Origin: Malacoraja senta
Lineage: Eukaryota
Assembly (NCBI GenBank): GCA_038087875.1
Contig: CM075988.1
Location: 11,906,001-11,966,000, forward strand
Length of the DNA: 60,000 bases
Direction of reading: 5' to 3'
Part shown: positions 12,050 through 25,042 of the stretch, piece by piece
Numbering within the stretch: the first letter of the stretch is position 1
How the letters are laid out: each line of letters starts with the position of its first letter
Made by a program: the position numbers and the translations under genes
Notes under the pieces: model-generated
Databases searched by the model: none
What the model was told of the DNA's origin: nothing
Seen by the model: only the letters and a program-made list of their open reading frames with translations

Positions 12050-12948
12050 AGGGGGGTTGCACGTAAGGTCACTGGGTCATAGGGCTTGACACACGGAGCT
12101 GCTCAATCCATCTGGAGGACCAACGTAACTTCCAGTATATGTTATTAATGCAAGAAACGTGTACTTTCCAACCTGTTAAAAACCGCCAAAATGTTGAATT
12201 CTTTCGCTGTAAAAAATTGTGGAAGTCGGGTTAAGTGTGAGAGACATGTACCCAACTTCAGAATTCCAAAAGTGAAGCAAAATGAAGGTAAAGAGAAGCG
12301 AGAGCTGAAGGGACAACAGCAGCTAAAGTGCTTGCCGAACATAGGCCGTGCAGATATCGGAATTGAAAATATTGGAATTATCGCGTTTGCTCACTGCATT
12401 TCATCAACAGTAAGGCATTATTTGTTTTTTTTCTTGATTCCTTTGGTATCTAAAAAGTCTCAGAAGTGATAAATCTGGCCGTAAATTTTGCTTCAAAGGC
12501 GTTTTCTTTTTGTATGTAAAAACCCACTTGAGAACCATGGGCGATTATAAAATTTTACAGCCAGATTTATCCCTTCTGAAACTTTTTAGATGCCAAAGGA
12601 ATCAAGAAAAAACACAAATAATGACTTTGTTGATGAAATGCAGTGAGCAAACGGCCAATGTTCGACAAGCACTTTGGCTGTTGTTGTCCCTTCAGCTCTC
12701 GCTTCTATCTACCGTCATTTCTCCTCACTTTTTGAATTCTGAAGTAGCCTAAATGTCTCTCACGCTTATCCCGATTTCCATAATTATTTACGGTGCAAAA
12801 ATTGACAATTTTGGCGGGTTTTAACGGGCCCGCTACGCTGGAAACAATGGTAAGTACTTACCTGCAGTTCATCGCGTATACTCCATTTGGCGTAGCGTAG
12901 CAACAGTACGGGTCATGGGTCGTGACCCGACTGCCGTGAAACCTCCCT
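12050..12948. mobile_element. Non-autonomous foldback DNA transposon (MITE), PIF/Harbinger-ISL2EU-like
   Basis: Terminal IR AGGGGGGTTGCACG / CGTGAAACCTCCCT flanked by AT on both sides; long internal inverted arms ~12175-12490 vs ~12550-12825. Confidence 0.75.
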
Positions 12949-13544
12949 ATACCTCATTCAATCAACACTCGGCAAAGTTAAACTCTGCAACATTATTTAC
13001 AATTATTTACAAGGTGTATGTCTGGTTTGCAGCCATCCAATCCATTCTATACATTTTGCACCTAGTTGACAGGGTCTGCAGATGTTCTTATTCTTTGCTT
13101 GCAAATTGTATCTAGGCTCTAGACACACTGGCACCACTCCGCAGCTTGTCCCAGCTCTGCAGAGAGCAATTCCAAATTGACCAAATCTCCCAGCAGCCCT
13201 GAAGCATTTATCCCATATTGAAGTCCTAGCCTCTCCAATTTAGCCAGGATTAACAGGTCTACCCTTTTACAATGTCACCTGTGGGAGGAGATCAGCTGCA
13301 AGGGATCACTGGCATACAGCAGCAGTGGTGGAATTGGGTAGGATGACCAGATCAGGAAGCAAAGCATGCTGATATTCAACTAACATTTTAAACACAATAC
13401 CAAGAGTGAACTTCAAACTTAAAGTGTGTAGAATGCTGAGCTGGTTTAAATATCACAAGCAACATTTTCTTTTTTTTTTAAAGTGTATCATTGTACAAAA
13501 CTGGGAATAATTAAATAAAAGGTTCATGCAATATCAATGCACAC

Positions 13545-13989
13545 CATGGGCGGAAATCCTGGGGGGGACAGGGACACACGTTCCCCCCATGCTTTGAGAA
13601 GTGGGGGACAATCCCCCCCCCCCCCCATGTTTTGTAATCCGGACTTTATCAGACGCTTTCTAAGGGCTGAATCGATCCGTTCGCGGGGCCTTTCATCGCC
13701 CGGCGCAGCTTAAAATCAAACTGCTGCATCGAGGCGATCGAGGCTCCCGATGTTGAAGTCCACGCTGGCTGATGAAAGGCCCCGCGAACGGACCGATTCA
13801 AGCCTCACGATTCAGGGCGGACGAAGCTGCTGTTGCTGGAGTTCGGATTCAGTCACCAACCAGGTCAGCTTCCGATGTTACCGTCCACAGGGCCCACGGC
13901 CAAGGCCTCGCGTGTGTGCGCATGCGCGCATGGCCGGCAAGAAATTGTGTCCCCCCCCCCCCATGTTTTGATAGCGATTTCCGTGCCCG
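13545..13989. mobile_element. Non-autonomous hAT-like DNA transposon
   Basis: Imperfect TIR CATGGGCGGAAATC / GATTTCCGTGCCCG; perfect 8-bp TSD ATGCACAC (13537-13544, 13990-13997). Confidence 0.8.
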
Positions 13990-14673
13990 ATGCACACAGA
14001 ACATTCAGGATTTAAATTTTACAGGGACTTTCAATCGGTAGTTATACCCTCATGCAACTCTTTAGCCAGGCATGATATTTTCAGTCTTTTTCCACGTTTT
14101 ATAACTGACTGATGTTCTCATCAGTTCATTAATGATACTGTGAAAATCTACAACTTCACACCCAGATTGGGATCAATGAATGAATCACCTGCGGCAGCTT
14201 CCGATCTCATTTAACTCTGCACATGCATGCTCAAGTAATCACTGCTAATTTTCTTTTGCATTTGAGCAGTGAATGCTGATAATCTGAGCCTTACTCCCAG
14301 TCAAAGTCTGCAACAATATTCCACTGTTGACCCAGCCGACAATTTTGAAGGTACCTTTTATTAAAAGGAAACATCAAATTAATGGGTAGCGACCTGCTGT
14401 AAATGCATCTGATCCATGGAGTAGAAATAATGATTTGATAAATAGAACAGGTAATATTGCCTGTAGGCTAACGGGTTCAATGGCAGTCACTGCTAGCTGT
14501 TCTCCATTCTGCACACCTTGGATTTCTGCACAACACGAACCACATACAACAGCCTAAGACTAGATGGAGTTCAGATGTCAGTGTATTGAACTTCCTGCCT
14601 TGGCAATACTCTGAACATTGAGTTTGGTAGTGTACCATTGGAATGGCATGGAATAATTTATTGTCACAAAGAA

Positions 14674-15028
14674 CTGGACAAACTAGATGCAGGAAAAAAT
14701 TTCCCAATGTTGGGCGAGTCCAGAACCAGGGGCCACAGTCTTAGAATAAAGGGGAGGCCATTTAAGACTGAGGTGAGAATTTTTTTTTCACCCAGAGAGT
14801 TGTGAATTTGTGGAATTCCCTGCCACAGAGGGCAGTGGAGGCCAGGTCACTGGATGGATTTAAGAGAGAGTTAGATAGAGCTCTAGGGGCTAGTGGAGTC
14901 AAGGGATATGGGGAGAAGGCAGGCACGGGTTATTGATAGGGGACGATCAGCCATGATCACAATGAATGGCGGTGCTGGCACGAAGGGCCGAATGGCCTCC
15001 TCCTGCACCTATTTTCTATGTTTCTATG
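14674..15028 (+). mobile_element. Young CR1/HER1 3' end nested in a GC-rich retro-like element (14650-15390)
   Basis: Nearly identical to the reverse complement of 7020-7340; host halves TTTATTGTCAC..|..ACAAGGCACAGTGAAA. Confidence 0.85.
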
Positions 15029-16899
15029 TGACAAGGCACAGTGAAATTCTTTGCTTACATACCCAAAATATGCAAATAGTTGCCACATAAGCAGGGCTGA
15101 CAAGTTACAAAGTATCCCCGCCAGTTCCTCCTTTGTTCTTCCCCCCCCTCAACTTGCCTCACAGCAATTACCCAACGGCGGGTCCTCCTTTGATCTTCCC
15201 CCTGCCCCCCGCACGGCGGCTCCCTTGCGCCCTCATCGGCCGCCAACCACAGCGGGTCAACCCGCGAAGCTCTCACTGACCCGCGAGGCCTCACTGCCAC
15301 TGCTGCCGAGAGGTGGAGAGAGAGGATGGGTGGAGGGGCTGATGCTGTCCAGCCCCTCAACTTTTCATCAAGTGGGGGGGGGGGGGTAACCTTAGGTTTG
15401 GAGAGAACTTCCATTCATTTGACTGGGATTGGGGTTTTGTTGGAAAGATCGTTTCACTTTACTTAATACTTTGAATTATCTTTTAGTATTCTATGGTGTT
15501 AATTGAATTTATTTTCTAATTTTAAAGTTTGTTTCACATGAGTTTCACTCTATTTTTATCTGTCTGAAATATTTAGAGACACTTCAAAAGCATTTTGACT
15601 GGTGAACTGATAAAGGCATTCTTAAGAGCAAGATCTCTGGGTACAACGCATGGAGCCTGCTCCCATCTCAGAGAAAACCTTTCAGATGCAGAGGGTCCAT
15701 AATTCGGCCCTGCACATCTGGGCAGTGTAAGTCTGAGAAGGAAGGCACTACTGTATAAGTTGCTAGGCAAATCACCAACTGTTCCATATAGAAATATTTG
15801 TTGAGGACAGTACTTACATGGGATTCTTTGCAATCTGAAAAATATTGTCATTGTAATAACCTTCTTTGAATTGGTTTTGCCTTGGATTAAGATGGACACG
15901 CATTAATATCATGATGATCATGAACATTGACAAGGAAGTTGAGGGGACCAAGAGGTACTTCACACATTCCAAACCACCAGCTGCAGATCCTCCATTTACA
16001 TTGGGCTTGCACCTTTATTGACCATTAAACTTGCGACAGAAAGTTAAATCTAGCAATTAATTGAAGCACATTTTAGGTAGAATGCAAATTGTTAATAGCT
16101 GCCAATTAACCCCTGTGACCCAGAAAATGAATAATTTAAACTGTGGACTCCATCTGCACAGAATAGCTTTATTGGTGGAGATTTTGTTTTGTAAAAACTT
16201 GTTTTTGTTATTTATTACTTTTTCAATCGGTCTGCTGTCAATGTGTGTTCTGATATCACATTTACCCGCTTAAATTCACCTTTGTGACTCGGTCCTTTAT
16301 TTATTTCTCATGCCTTAACTTTAATTGATCTGGAGATACACTGAAAGTCCTGCCATTTGCAGACATCTCAGATGCTTGTGATCTCACTATTTCGAGATGC
16401 CACATGTGTGAGTCACATCATTAAACCCGTGCCTAGAAACTTGAATGATATTATTCTGTAGCAAGAGGTTGAATCCCAACATTGCTGTTGGGGAATTTGT
16501 ATGCAATTATCCACACATGTAGAATTAAGTGAAACTATTGGATTGTCAAAAAATATCCAACTGGCCCACTGATAGTGTCCAGGAATTGTTGCCATACTTA
16601 GACTCTGCATTTACTTATTTCCTTACAACATAGAAGATAGCCATTTTGACCCATCAAGTCTCTGCCTGCTCAAAGAAGAATCTCACTTCAGACCCATGGG
16701 AGTGTGCATGATTCTTCAGTACCTTCCAAACTTTCCTTGCATATCATTCGGTTCAGGGGGCCATTGATGATGTTAAATAAATGCTGACTTAATCTGCAAT
16801 GTTAGAGACTACAAACAAATGAAACAAAACAAGAATGTCATCATATCACAAGATGTTAATGCGTTAGGAAAAAATTATAACCCATGTTCTCAAGCTGGA

Positions 16900-17347
16900 A
16901 ACGGTACAGAGAAGATTTACGAGGATGTTGCCAGGACTAGAGGGTCTGAGCTATAGCAGAGGTTGAGTCGGCTGGGACTCTATTCCTTGGAATGCAGGAG
17001 GATGAGGGGTGATCTTATAGAAGTGTTTATGATCATGAAAGGGATAGATTGGGGATAGAGGGAGAAAAGGTTTAATAGAAATCTGAGGGGTAACTTTTTC
17101 ACACAAAGGGTGGTGGATGTATGGAACAAGCTGCCAAAGGAGGTGGTTGAGGCAGGGACTATCCTAAGAAGCAGGTACATGATAAAACATTTATCTATTT
17201 AAGAAGCAGGTACATGATAAAACAGGTTTGGAGGGATATGGACCAAATGCTGGCAGGTGGGACGAGCGTAGCTGGGACATGTTGGCCGGTGTGGGCAAAG
17301 TGGGCTGAAGGGCCTGTTTCCACACTCTATCACTCTCGGACTCTATG
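16900..17347 (+). mobile_element. CR1 3' fragment
   Basis: GTACAGAGAAGATTTACGAGGATGTTGCCAGG..GGGCCTGTTTCC..ACTCTATG. Confidence 0.8.
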
Positions 17348-18428
17348 TCATGTATTGTGAGGTGCTATTTGTCAGATGAGGTCCAGCAGAATAATATTGA
17401 TAATTTTTCTGAAGATCCATTGAAATAGCACTTCTCAGAGACCACCTATAGTCTAAAGTATTTGGCAGTTGCATCAAACATTAACGAGAATGCTTTTTGT
17501 TGAGGGAGCAATAGGATAGACTCAACAGCTAAGGACTGAAAGTATTGGGATTAGGTAAGAGCTTCCACGTATTTTGCGACCACATCTAAAAAGTAGCTAC
17601 AAGTATATTTGAAGAACAATGACCTACAGGGCTATGATCCAAGTGTTGGAAGTTTGGACTAGGCAAGATAGTTGTTCTGTGACCATTGCAAATGCTGTTG
17701 CCAAAATGGCTGCCTCCTGCCTCACTTAATATCAGTAATTGTTCCAGGCTGAATAGACGTTAATCTTCTATTTGATGCCTGCCAACTTATTAGCTGATGT
17801 CTTACATTCTAATTGTGCCTGGGTAATTTGACAGAGCTCTGCTCTCTGAGATGTGAACATCAAATAAATCTAAATATGTTTGCAGAGAATATGGGGAGAA
17901 AAATCAATAATAATTGAAATGAGTGGTCGCATCATTGTAAACCTATCTAATACCAAATAATTAATATAAAATATATTTCAACAACTGCATTACAACCGTG
18001 ATTGCACTTCAAAGATACCTCATGCATTTGTAAAATACTCTGAAGTGTCGAGCGGTTGTGAAAGGTGCTGTAAATGCAAAATTCTTTCATAGTTCTTTCT
18101 TTTAAATGATTCCCAAATTTGGTGCAGGGTATATTACAGTTTGCATGAAGAATGAGATTACAAAGCCACTTAAAACAAAGTTATTTACAGTCAACAGCTA
18201 TCTCTGTTATTCTTGTTTATTCATCATACCTAAAATTCTGCATCTTTTTAAAGCCTTCTGGGATTAGATTGTTAATTCTTCCAAAATAGCTTAAAGATCC
18301 TTATAAGCACACACTAACACATGTATGTATGTTTTACAGGCACGTAAACTTGTTAATAGACGCCTAATTTTTAAATAATTTGTCAGAGCGCACTGATAAT
18401 TTTAATTAACAGAAATATATATCTTATT

Positions 18429-18720
18429 GGCACGGTAGAGTTGCTGCCTTACAGCACCAGAGACCTGGCTTCAATCCTGACAACGGGTGCTGTCTGTAAG
18501 GAGTTTATACATTCTCCCTGTGACCTGCGTGGGTTTTCTCCGGGTGCTCCGGTTTCCTCACACACTCCAAAGACATACAGGTTTGTAGGTTATTTGGCTT
18601 TGGTCAAAAAAATTGTGAATTGCCCTAGTGTGTATGTGGGATAGTGTTAATGTGTGGGGATCGCCTGTCGGTACGGACTCGGTGGGCCTGTTTCCGTGCT
18701 GTATCTCTAAACTAAACAAA
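18429..18720 (+). mobile_element. HE1-type V-SINE
   Basis: GTGGGTTTTCTCCGGGTGCTCCGGTTTCCTC core; GCTGTATCTCTAAACTAAAC tail. Confidence 0.9.
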
Positions 18721-18966
18721 TGAAAATCTCACTATAAAAACTGTTCCAGCCCGACTTTCAGCAATGTAACTCAATCTTAAACAAATCCCTTTTCAACAGC
18801 CAAGAAACCCCAAAACAGACTGCAATAGAAACCTTAAGAATTAAATAAATCCATTCTAAAATTGATTTAGCTCTCTGAGTACCTCCAGCAATATCTGTGC
18901 ATTGCAAAGATAAACTATGTATTATTTTTAATTCTCTTTAGATTTAGTAGTAAGTATCTCCTCCAC

Positions 18967-19061
18967 TCTGAGGAAGGGTCTCAACCTGAAAAGTCACCCA
19001 TTCCTTCTCTCCATAGATGCTGCCTGTCCCGCTGAGTTACTCCAGCATTTTGTGTCTATCT
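18967..19061 (+). mobile_element. Short Penelope-terminus insertion
   Basis: Matches the reverse complement of 8047-8143; 16-bp direct repeat TATCTCCTCCACTCTG at 18955-18970 and 19057-19072. Confidence 0.85.
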
Positions 19062-19284
19062 CCTCCACTCTGCTGGGGCTGGATGTTGCAATCGATAGCA
19101 AGGGGAGCTCAGAATTCATGATTGTGGCCTTGCGTGTGGCAACATGGTTACTGGAAGTTGAAAACAGCAACCTGATCTTTTACATGCGAACTGGGATGCC
19201 CAATGTTAACCCACAGCATCACTGCCTCATACATTTCAACTCAACTCCTGAACTTAGGACTGAGGATCAGTTGCCGCAAGTTTC

Positions 19285-19460
19285 CAAATTGCACACCTCC
19301 TCTAACCTCGTCCATAGCATTCACTGGTCTTGTTGTGGCTTCTTCTAGGTCCATGGCCAAGCATGGTCTAGGTGACTGTTTTGTAGACCACCTGTGCTCT
19401 TTAAACAATGGTCATCTTCAGCTCCCAGTTATACATCATTTCAACTCCACTTTCCATTAC
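19285..19460 (+). mobile_element. Degenerate Penelope GIY-YIG fragment
   Basis: TSSNLVHSIHWSCCGFF..KHGLGDCFVDHLCS..LPVIHHFNS across frames, similar to the 8530-8650 endonuclease. Confidence 0.65.
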
Positions 19461-20869
19461 ACTGATGGGATTACTCAAAGGGAGCCAGCATAGATCCCAA
19501 TGGACCTAATGGCAGCTTCCTTTGTTATTAAGAAGGGAAGGCAGGATGAGTGGTTGCACTGCAAAGTGGTTAAGTGCCTCCACTTGTATTTTCCATGCTT
19601 TGTACAAGATGATCAGCATGATGAAACAGGTTGTTCTGTGGCTCTTCCACTGTGTATACAGGGGGAAAGATGAAAAGAATGATGGGTTTTTTGTGCAGTT
19701 TAGACAAGCCATTTCTGAGGAATTTAACGTATCCTCAAAATGACATGGATACCATTGGAGTTCTTGTCATTTCTATTAACAATAAACGGTTCTTGGATGC
19801 AAAAGTTTCAAAGGAAGATGCTCGCTTTAATTAACTCGAGGAGAAAGGTGCTATTATGAACATATACCCATGGTGCGCACATACACAGAAGGTCTGTGTG
19901 TCCTCAGATACATGACTTGCTTGCATGACTGCATACAAGTATAAGAAGGAGGGGGTGTAAGGATTTAAGTGGAGAAGCATAAAGCTGGAACCATTGACTG
20001 CTGGTGCTCTGCTTTAATTGCCCCAAGGCGGGGGCACAGTAGAGAAGTGGGATTACTCATTAGGAGTTAATGTCAATGTACATCTTCAGCAGGATTTGCA
20101 TGTTAGGAAAGTATTACTGGAAAGTTGCATAACATTTAAATGAAGAATAACTTATACTTCTCATTTAATATTTGAATACTGGAATTACATCTCGAATGTG
20201 GAATGGATTACTTGGATTAGTGATTTAGGTGAGCTTAATTAGATATTTTGTCTGTGTTGCATTATTCTGGTGCTACTTTTCAGGCAACTTACAGAACGGT
20301 CAATTTTTGTAAACATAAACAGTGCCATCCTGATGATTCTTTTCTGCAAATATTCTCACTTCATTTCATTGCTTTGGGTTCCACGACGCAGCGAACAACT
20401 GAGGGTGCAACACAGCAAACTGAAAGAATTGGATCTGCTCAGAAATTCAGCTGCATAATGCTGCTCCCCCCCCCCCCCCAGTGTTTTGCATCTGAAAAGT
20501 ACTTTTTGTTTTGAGGCAAAATAAATCAATACTTTTCCTGTGTTATTTCATGACACGCGGGAAAGCTGATGAGATACTACTGAGTGTGATTCACCCTTGT
20601 TGCGGTGACAACCGTGTCAGGTGAAGGTTTACATGGCCGGACCACAAAGATCAGCAAACTGACCAGGAATGAAGGAAAGTCTGAGGCCTTCAAGTAAAAA
20701 CATAGAGATTTGGAAATCAAAAGTCCAAAACTGAATATCACCTTTCTTTCAGTGCGCTTAACATGTTGCCTTTTGTGTGAATGCTAATTGCCTTCCCGGC
20801 AAAATACTTGGCCACTTGGAATTAGCCAAAGAGATATTATTGCCAATGGGTGCTTTAAAACCAAGTATG

Positions 20870-21150
20870 TTTGTTTCACAGCATATTAATGGGTCCTTCG
20901 GCCCTTCATGTGCACACCAACCTTTGTGTCCACCTATACTAATTTACATTTACCTGTATTAGGACCACATCCATCTATGCCTTGCCTATTAAGTGTCTGT
21001 CCAAATGTCTCTAAAATGTGATTGTATCTGACTCCACCAACTCCTCCTGCTGCATGATCCAGATATAAATCACTCTGCGTTAAAAAAAAAAGCACTCCCC
21101 ATATCCCCTATAAAACTCCTACCTCTCAATTTAAGACTATGACCTCTTAT
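20870..21150 (-). mobile_element. Degenerate CR1 3' fragment
   Basis: CCTTCGGCCC..ACTCCACCAACTCC..CACTCTGCGTTAAAAAA pattern. Confidence 0.6.
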
Positions 21151-21344
21151 TTCTCTCCAACTTTAGAACCTGCACTCACCATTTCATTGACATTCTACCT
21201 GGTCCACTAACCACAGAGATCAAACTGCCAAACTTACTCGATTTCAGTTCGGATTGTTGAGTAGTAGAGGACAGGATAGAGGATACCTGAGGGCTCAGTA
21301 AATGTCCCTGTAGATGAAGACCACATTCATCAGGGACAGTTGGA

Positions 21345-21780
21345 CCACAAGTGGCACAGCTAGTAGAACTGCAGCCTTGCAGTTCCAGCCACCCATGTTC
21401 AATCTGGGCCTCCAATGCTGTCGGTGTGGAGTCTCCATGTTCTCCGTTTGACTGAAGCACCCATATCACCACCCCCAAGTGTTCCGGTTTCCTCCTACAT
21501 CTCTAGGTCATGCAAATTGGTTGGTTGTTCGGTCACAGTAAATTTCCCCTGATATCCAGGTGAGTGGGAAGTTGGTGGGAAGGTGAGGGTAAATAAAGTG
21601 TGATTAGGGCAAGTAGGGGTTTTATGGTTAGTGTAGACTTGGTAGGATGGTTTAGTTCAGTTTATTGTCATGTGTACCCGGGTACAGTGAAAAGCTTTTT
21701 TATTGTATGCTATCCTGTCAGCGGAAAGACTCGTCAGGATGATGGGCCTGTTTCTGTGTTATGTGGGTCCATGACTCTCT
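21345..21780 (+). mobile_element. Degenerate HE1-type SINE with a nested Rex1-tail fragment (21650-21735)
   Basis: GTGGCACAGCTAGTAGAACTGC..GTTCAATC head; insert flanked by AGGATG (21644-21649, 21736-21741). Confidence 0.65.
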
Positions 21781-22324
21781 GAAGTAGATGTACAGCTTCA
21801 AGCCAACTCCATTATAAGTGCCATGCATAATCCGCTGGGTAGGTTTGCTAACATGTCATGGTGCTCACTGCATCCCAATCATTCAATCAACAGTGAACAT
21901 GGCCAATGCCATTGCTCCATCATAATGGAGTGCTTTAGTCATTATCTTCACTATCTTCAGCTTTGGCTTTGAAGGATATCACGATCGGCTGAGTATTTTC
22001 CCCTCCCCAGAATATACACAGCTGTTGAGGTCAGAGATGCAGGAGGGTACGCTGGAGGGAGAAATAAAGGAGGGGGATGATGATGATGATGAAGGAGACA
22101 GGATTGCACTTGACAACCCCCAGCAGCACAAGAGATGGGTAAATTAGGCCATAGTGATGCATTTCATGGGGGGATACAGCAGGCAATAACAGTCTCTAGA
22201 TGGGGACTGACTGGAGTGAAGATCTGTTCATCTGTGCTGCCTCAGAAGAGGTCCATAATTAGAAAATTGTAATGGTGAAGCTTATGCAGATCCATACTGA
22301 AAAGATGAACTCTGGATACAATGA

Positions 22325-22622
22325 TTTAGTTGAGTTTAGATTAGAGATACAGTGAGGAAAGGGGCCCTTTGGACCAGTTTGTCCATGCTGACCAGCGATC
22401 ATTCATACACTAGTTCTATCCAACACACTAGGGACAATTTACAGAAGCCAATTAACCTACAAACCATTGTGGGAGGAAACTGAATCACCCGGAGAAAACC
22501 CACGCTGTCCCAGGGGGAATGTGCAAACTCCATACAGGCAGCACCTGTTGTCAGGAACAAACCTACATAGGTCTCTAGCACTGAGAGACAGCAACTCTAC
22601 CGCTGCACCACTCTGCTGCCCT
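22325..22622 (-). mobile_element. HE1-type V-SINE
   Basis: Head, core and tail as in the other copies. Confidence 0.85.
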
Positions 22623-24591
22623 CTGGGATGGTCTGAATGATAAAAGATCTTTCCACCTTTTATTTGTATCCAGCCCTCCAAGAGGTCACCAGCTGCACAT
22701 ATTCAGAACACTTAGACCCCCTCCACCTTCTCCCCACCCTCACAAATAAGAGTAGGAAATCGTCTTCATGGCCTCCTAAGTAGCCTTCTAACCTGGCCTT
22801 CTAATATGGCCTCTTAAGTAACATGTTCACCCATGCCCCACAGTTAACGATCTCAAGCTGTGCCTTCAATTTGTCCTGGGCAGCAGACTGAGTCCAGGCT
22901 ATTTGGAGTAAAAGTCTCTTGCGGGTTAACAGGGATATCAGTATAGACTTAAAATGAAAGCAAGCAAACTTCCAGCAGCCAGACACAGGGAACACTGTAA
23001 AGTAGTATTGGGATATGGATCATGCGCAGGCAGATGAGACTAGTTTACCTTGGTATTAGGTTGGGCACAGACATTGTGTCGAAGGGTCTTTTCCTGTGCT
23101 GTACTCTGCTAATGTTCTGAGATATCTAATTTCACACGGTTGTCAAGCTGGAAAGGGCCGTTTCCTCTTTTAATTAATTGAGCTTTGTTTCTCTTAATGT
23201 ATCATTTAAACAAAATTCAACGGCAGCAATGTTGAAAAGTATTTTGTTAAAGCATCAAAATCATGCTCAGCAGCATGGTGATAGGTGACATTGGTGTGGC
23301 AACTGCTGCCATTACTGTAAACACTACCGCACCTCGTACAGAAAGACTGCTCGAGTGCTGCTGGAGATTGCACGACGGAGACCTCTCTTCAAACAGCACA
23401 TTGGCAGCTCCTGTAAAGTTAGACATATTCTATGAATTTTCAGATGAACTGCAGTGAGATCTGAATTTTGCCCAGCCAGAACTGCCAATGCTAATGGGTG
23501 TCCTTTTTCTGTGACAAAACCAGGAAATATAAAACTGATTGCACTGTGAATATTGAACAAAGGGCTGAGGTTGCACATAAAAGCTCCCATTTATGCTGAC
23601 AAGCAAATATAGCTGCAGAGGCAAACAGTAATGTCATCAGGTGCAGGTTGGCATGGGGAAATAGCATGGGGTCCCTAATGTGAAACATGTACAAAGTACC
23701 TTGGTCAATTTCTCCAAGGGTGTAATTTCACCAAAAAAAGATAATTTGCGTGATCAGACATGGATTATAATGCTTGATTTAGAGCAATCTGCTCTAATCC
23801 TACTGTAGAGCGATCCTACTGTGAAGAAGCAAACTCTATTTTCTGCACAATTCCCAATAATGCATATATCAAGAGATAAGTATGTGGTCCTGTGCCAATG
23901 CTAACTATTTGTTGCACTGAGAGATCTAACTGAATTATTTGGTTACAATAAATTGGTTTTATTCATCGGTGAATGGTGTGAAATATTTGAATAGCGGCAA
24001 CTGGAAACAAGATTTTGTAGATGTAGATAAAGGCTATTGCAGGATGGTAACAAGATGTAGATAAAGGCTATTGCAGGATGGTTATCTCACCACGTTGGCA
24101 TATACTGTTGTTGCAGTTTCATAATCCAGGGAATTTGTAAAATTCTGTGTTAGGTTCGATGCATTCTGCAATAACAGTCACTCAACAGAAACTATTTCCC
24201 TGGCTGGGGAATATTAGAGGTGAAAGAATTGAGGACATTAATTTAAAACAATTGGAGTAAAAATAGGCAGATCTTTTTCTGCACAGCAAAATATCTTGAT
24301 TTGGAAAAGACTTGCTGGGAAAGAAAATGGTGAAAACCAATTTGATAGTAACATTCAAAACAGAATGGATATAAGATTTAAAGATGGTGTTTGCAGGTTA
24401 TAACGAAAGAGCAGTATAATAGAACTAATTGCCTCAGTCTTTCAACAACTGACATAGTGAGCCAAACACCTGAACCCTATGCTGCACGATTCCCTGACAT
24501 TAGTATCGGAATGAGCAAAGGAAGGCTTCAAATGAATGAAGATGCCCCAGAAAAAGTCAAGAAAATTGTTGTGGGAGATAAGGTCTGGTAG

Positions 24592-24824
24592 CCCAGAGAG
24601 TTGTGAGTCTGTGGAATTCTCTGCCTCAGAGGGCGGTGGAGGACGGTTCTCTGGATACTTTCAAGAGAGAGCTAGATAGGGCTCTTGAAGATAGCGGAGT
24701 CAGGGGATATGGGGAGAAGGCAGGAACGGGGTACTGATTGTGGATGATCAGCCATGATCACATTGAATGGCTGTGCTGGCTTGAAGGGCCGAATGGCCTA
24801 CTCCTGCACCTATTGTCTATTGTC
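24592..24824 (+). mobile_element. CR1 3' end with (CTATTGT)n tail
   Basis: GTGGAATTCTCTGCCTCAGAGGGCGGTGGAGG..CTCCTGCACCTATTGTCTATTGTC. Confidence 0.85.
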
Positions 24825-25042
24825 ATTGCAGAGATTCGAAACTGATACCAAAATGGACACCTTGTTGAAGCAACTCCATCTTGACTTCTGAAACCGAACA
24901 CAACAGAGTGAAAATCAGAGATGAAAAAATCTGCAGATGCCAGAAATCTAAAATTAAAAAAAGAAAATGCTGGGAATATTCGGCAGTTGGGATACAACCG
25001 TGGGAAGAGGAACAGAGCAAATGTTCCAGGTTGAAGACCTTT

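Noticed and set aside
13769..13790. CTGATGA..GAA hammerhead-like motif
   Set aside because: No stem II or GAAA; it is one arm of the internal inverted repeat.
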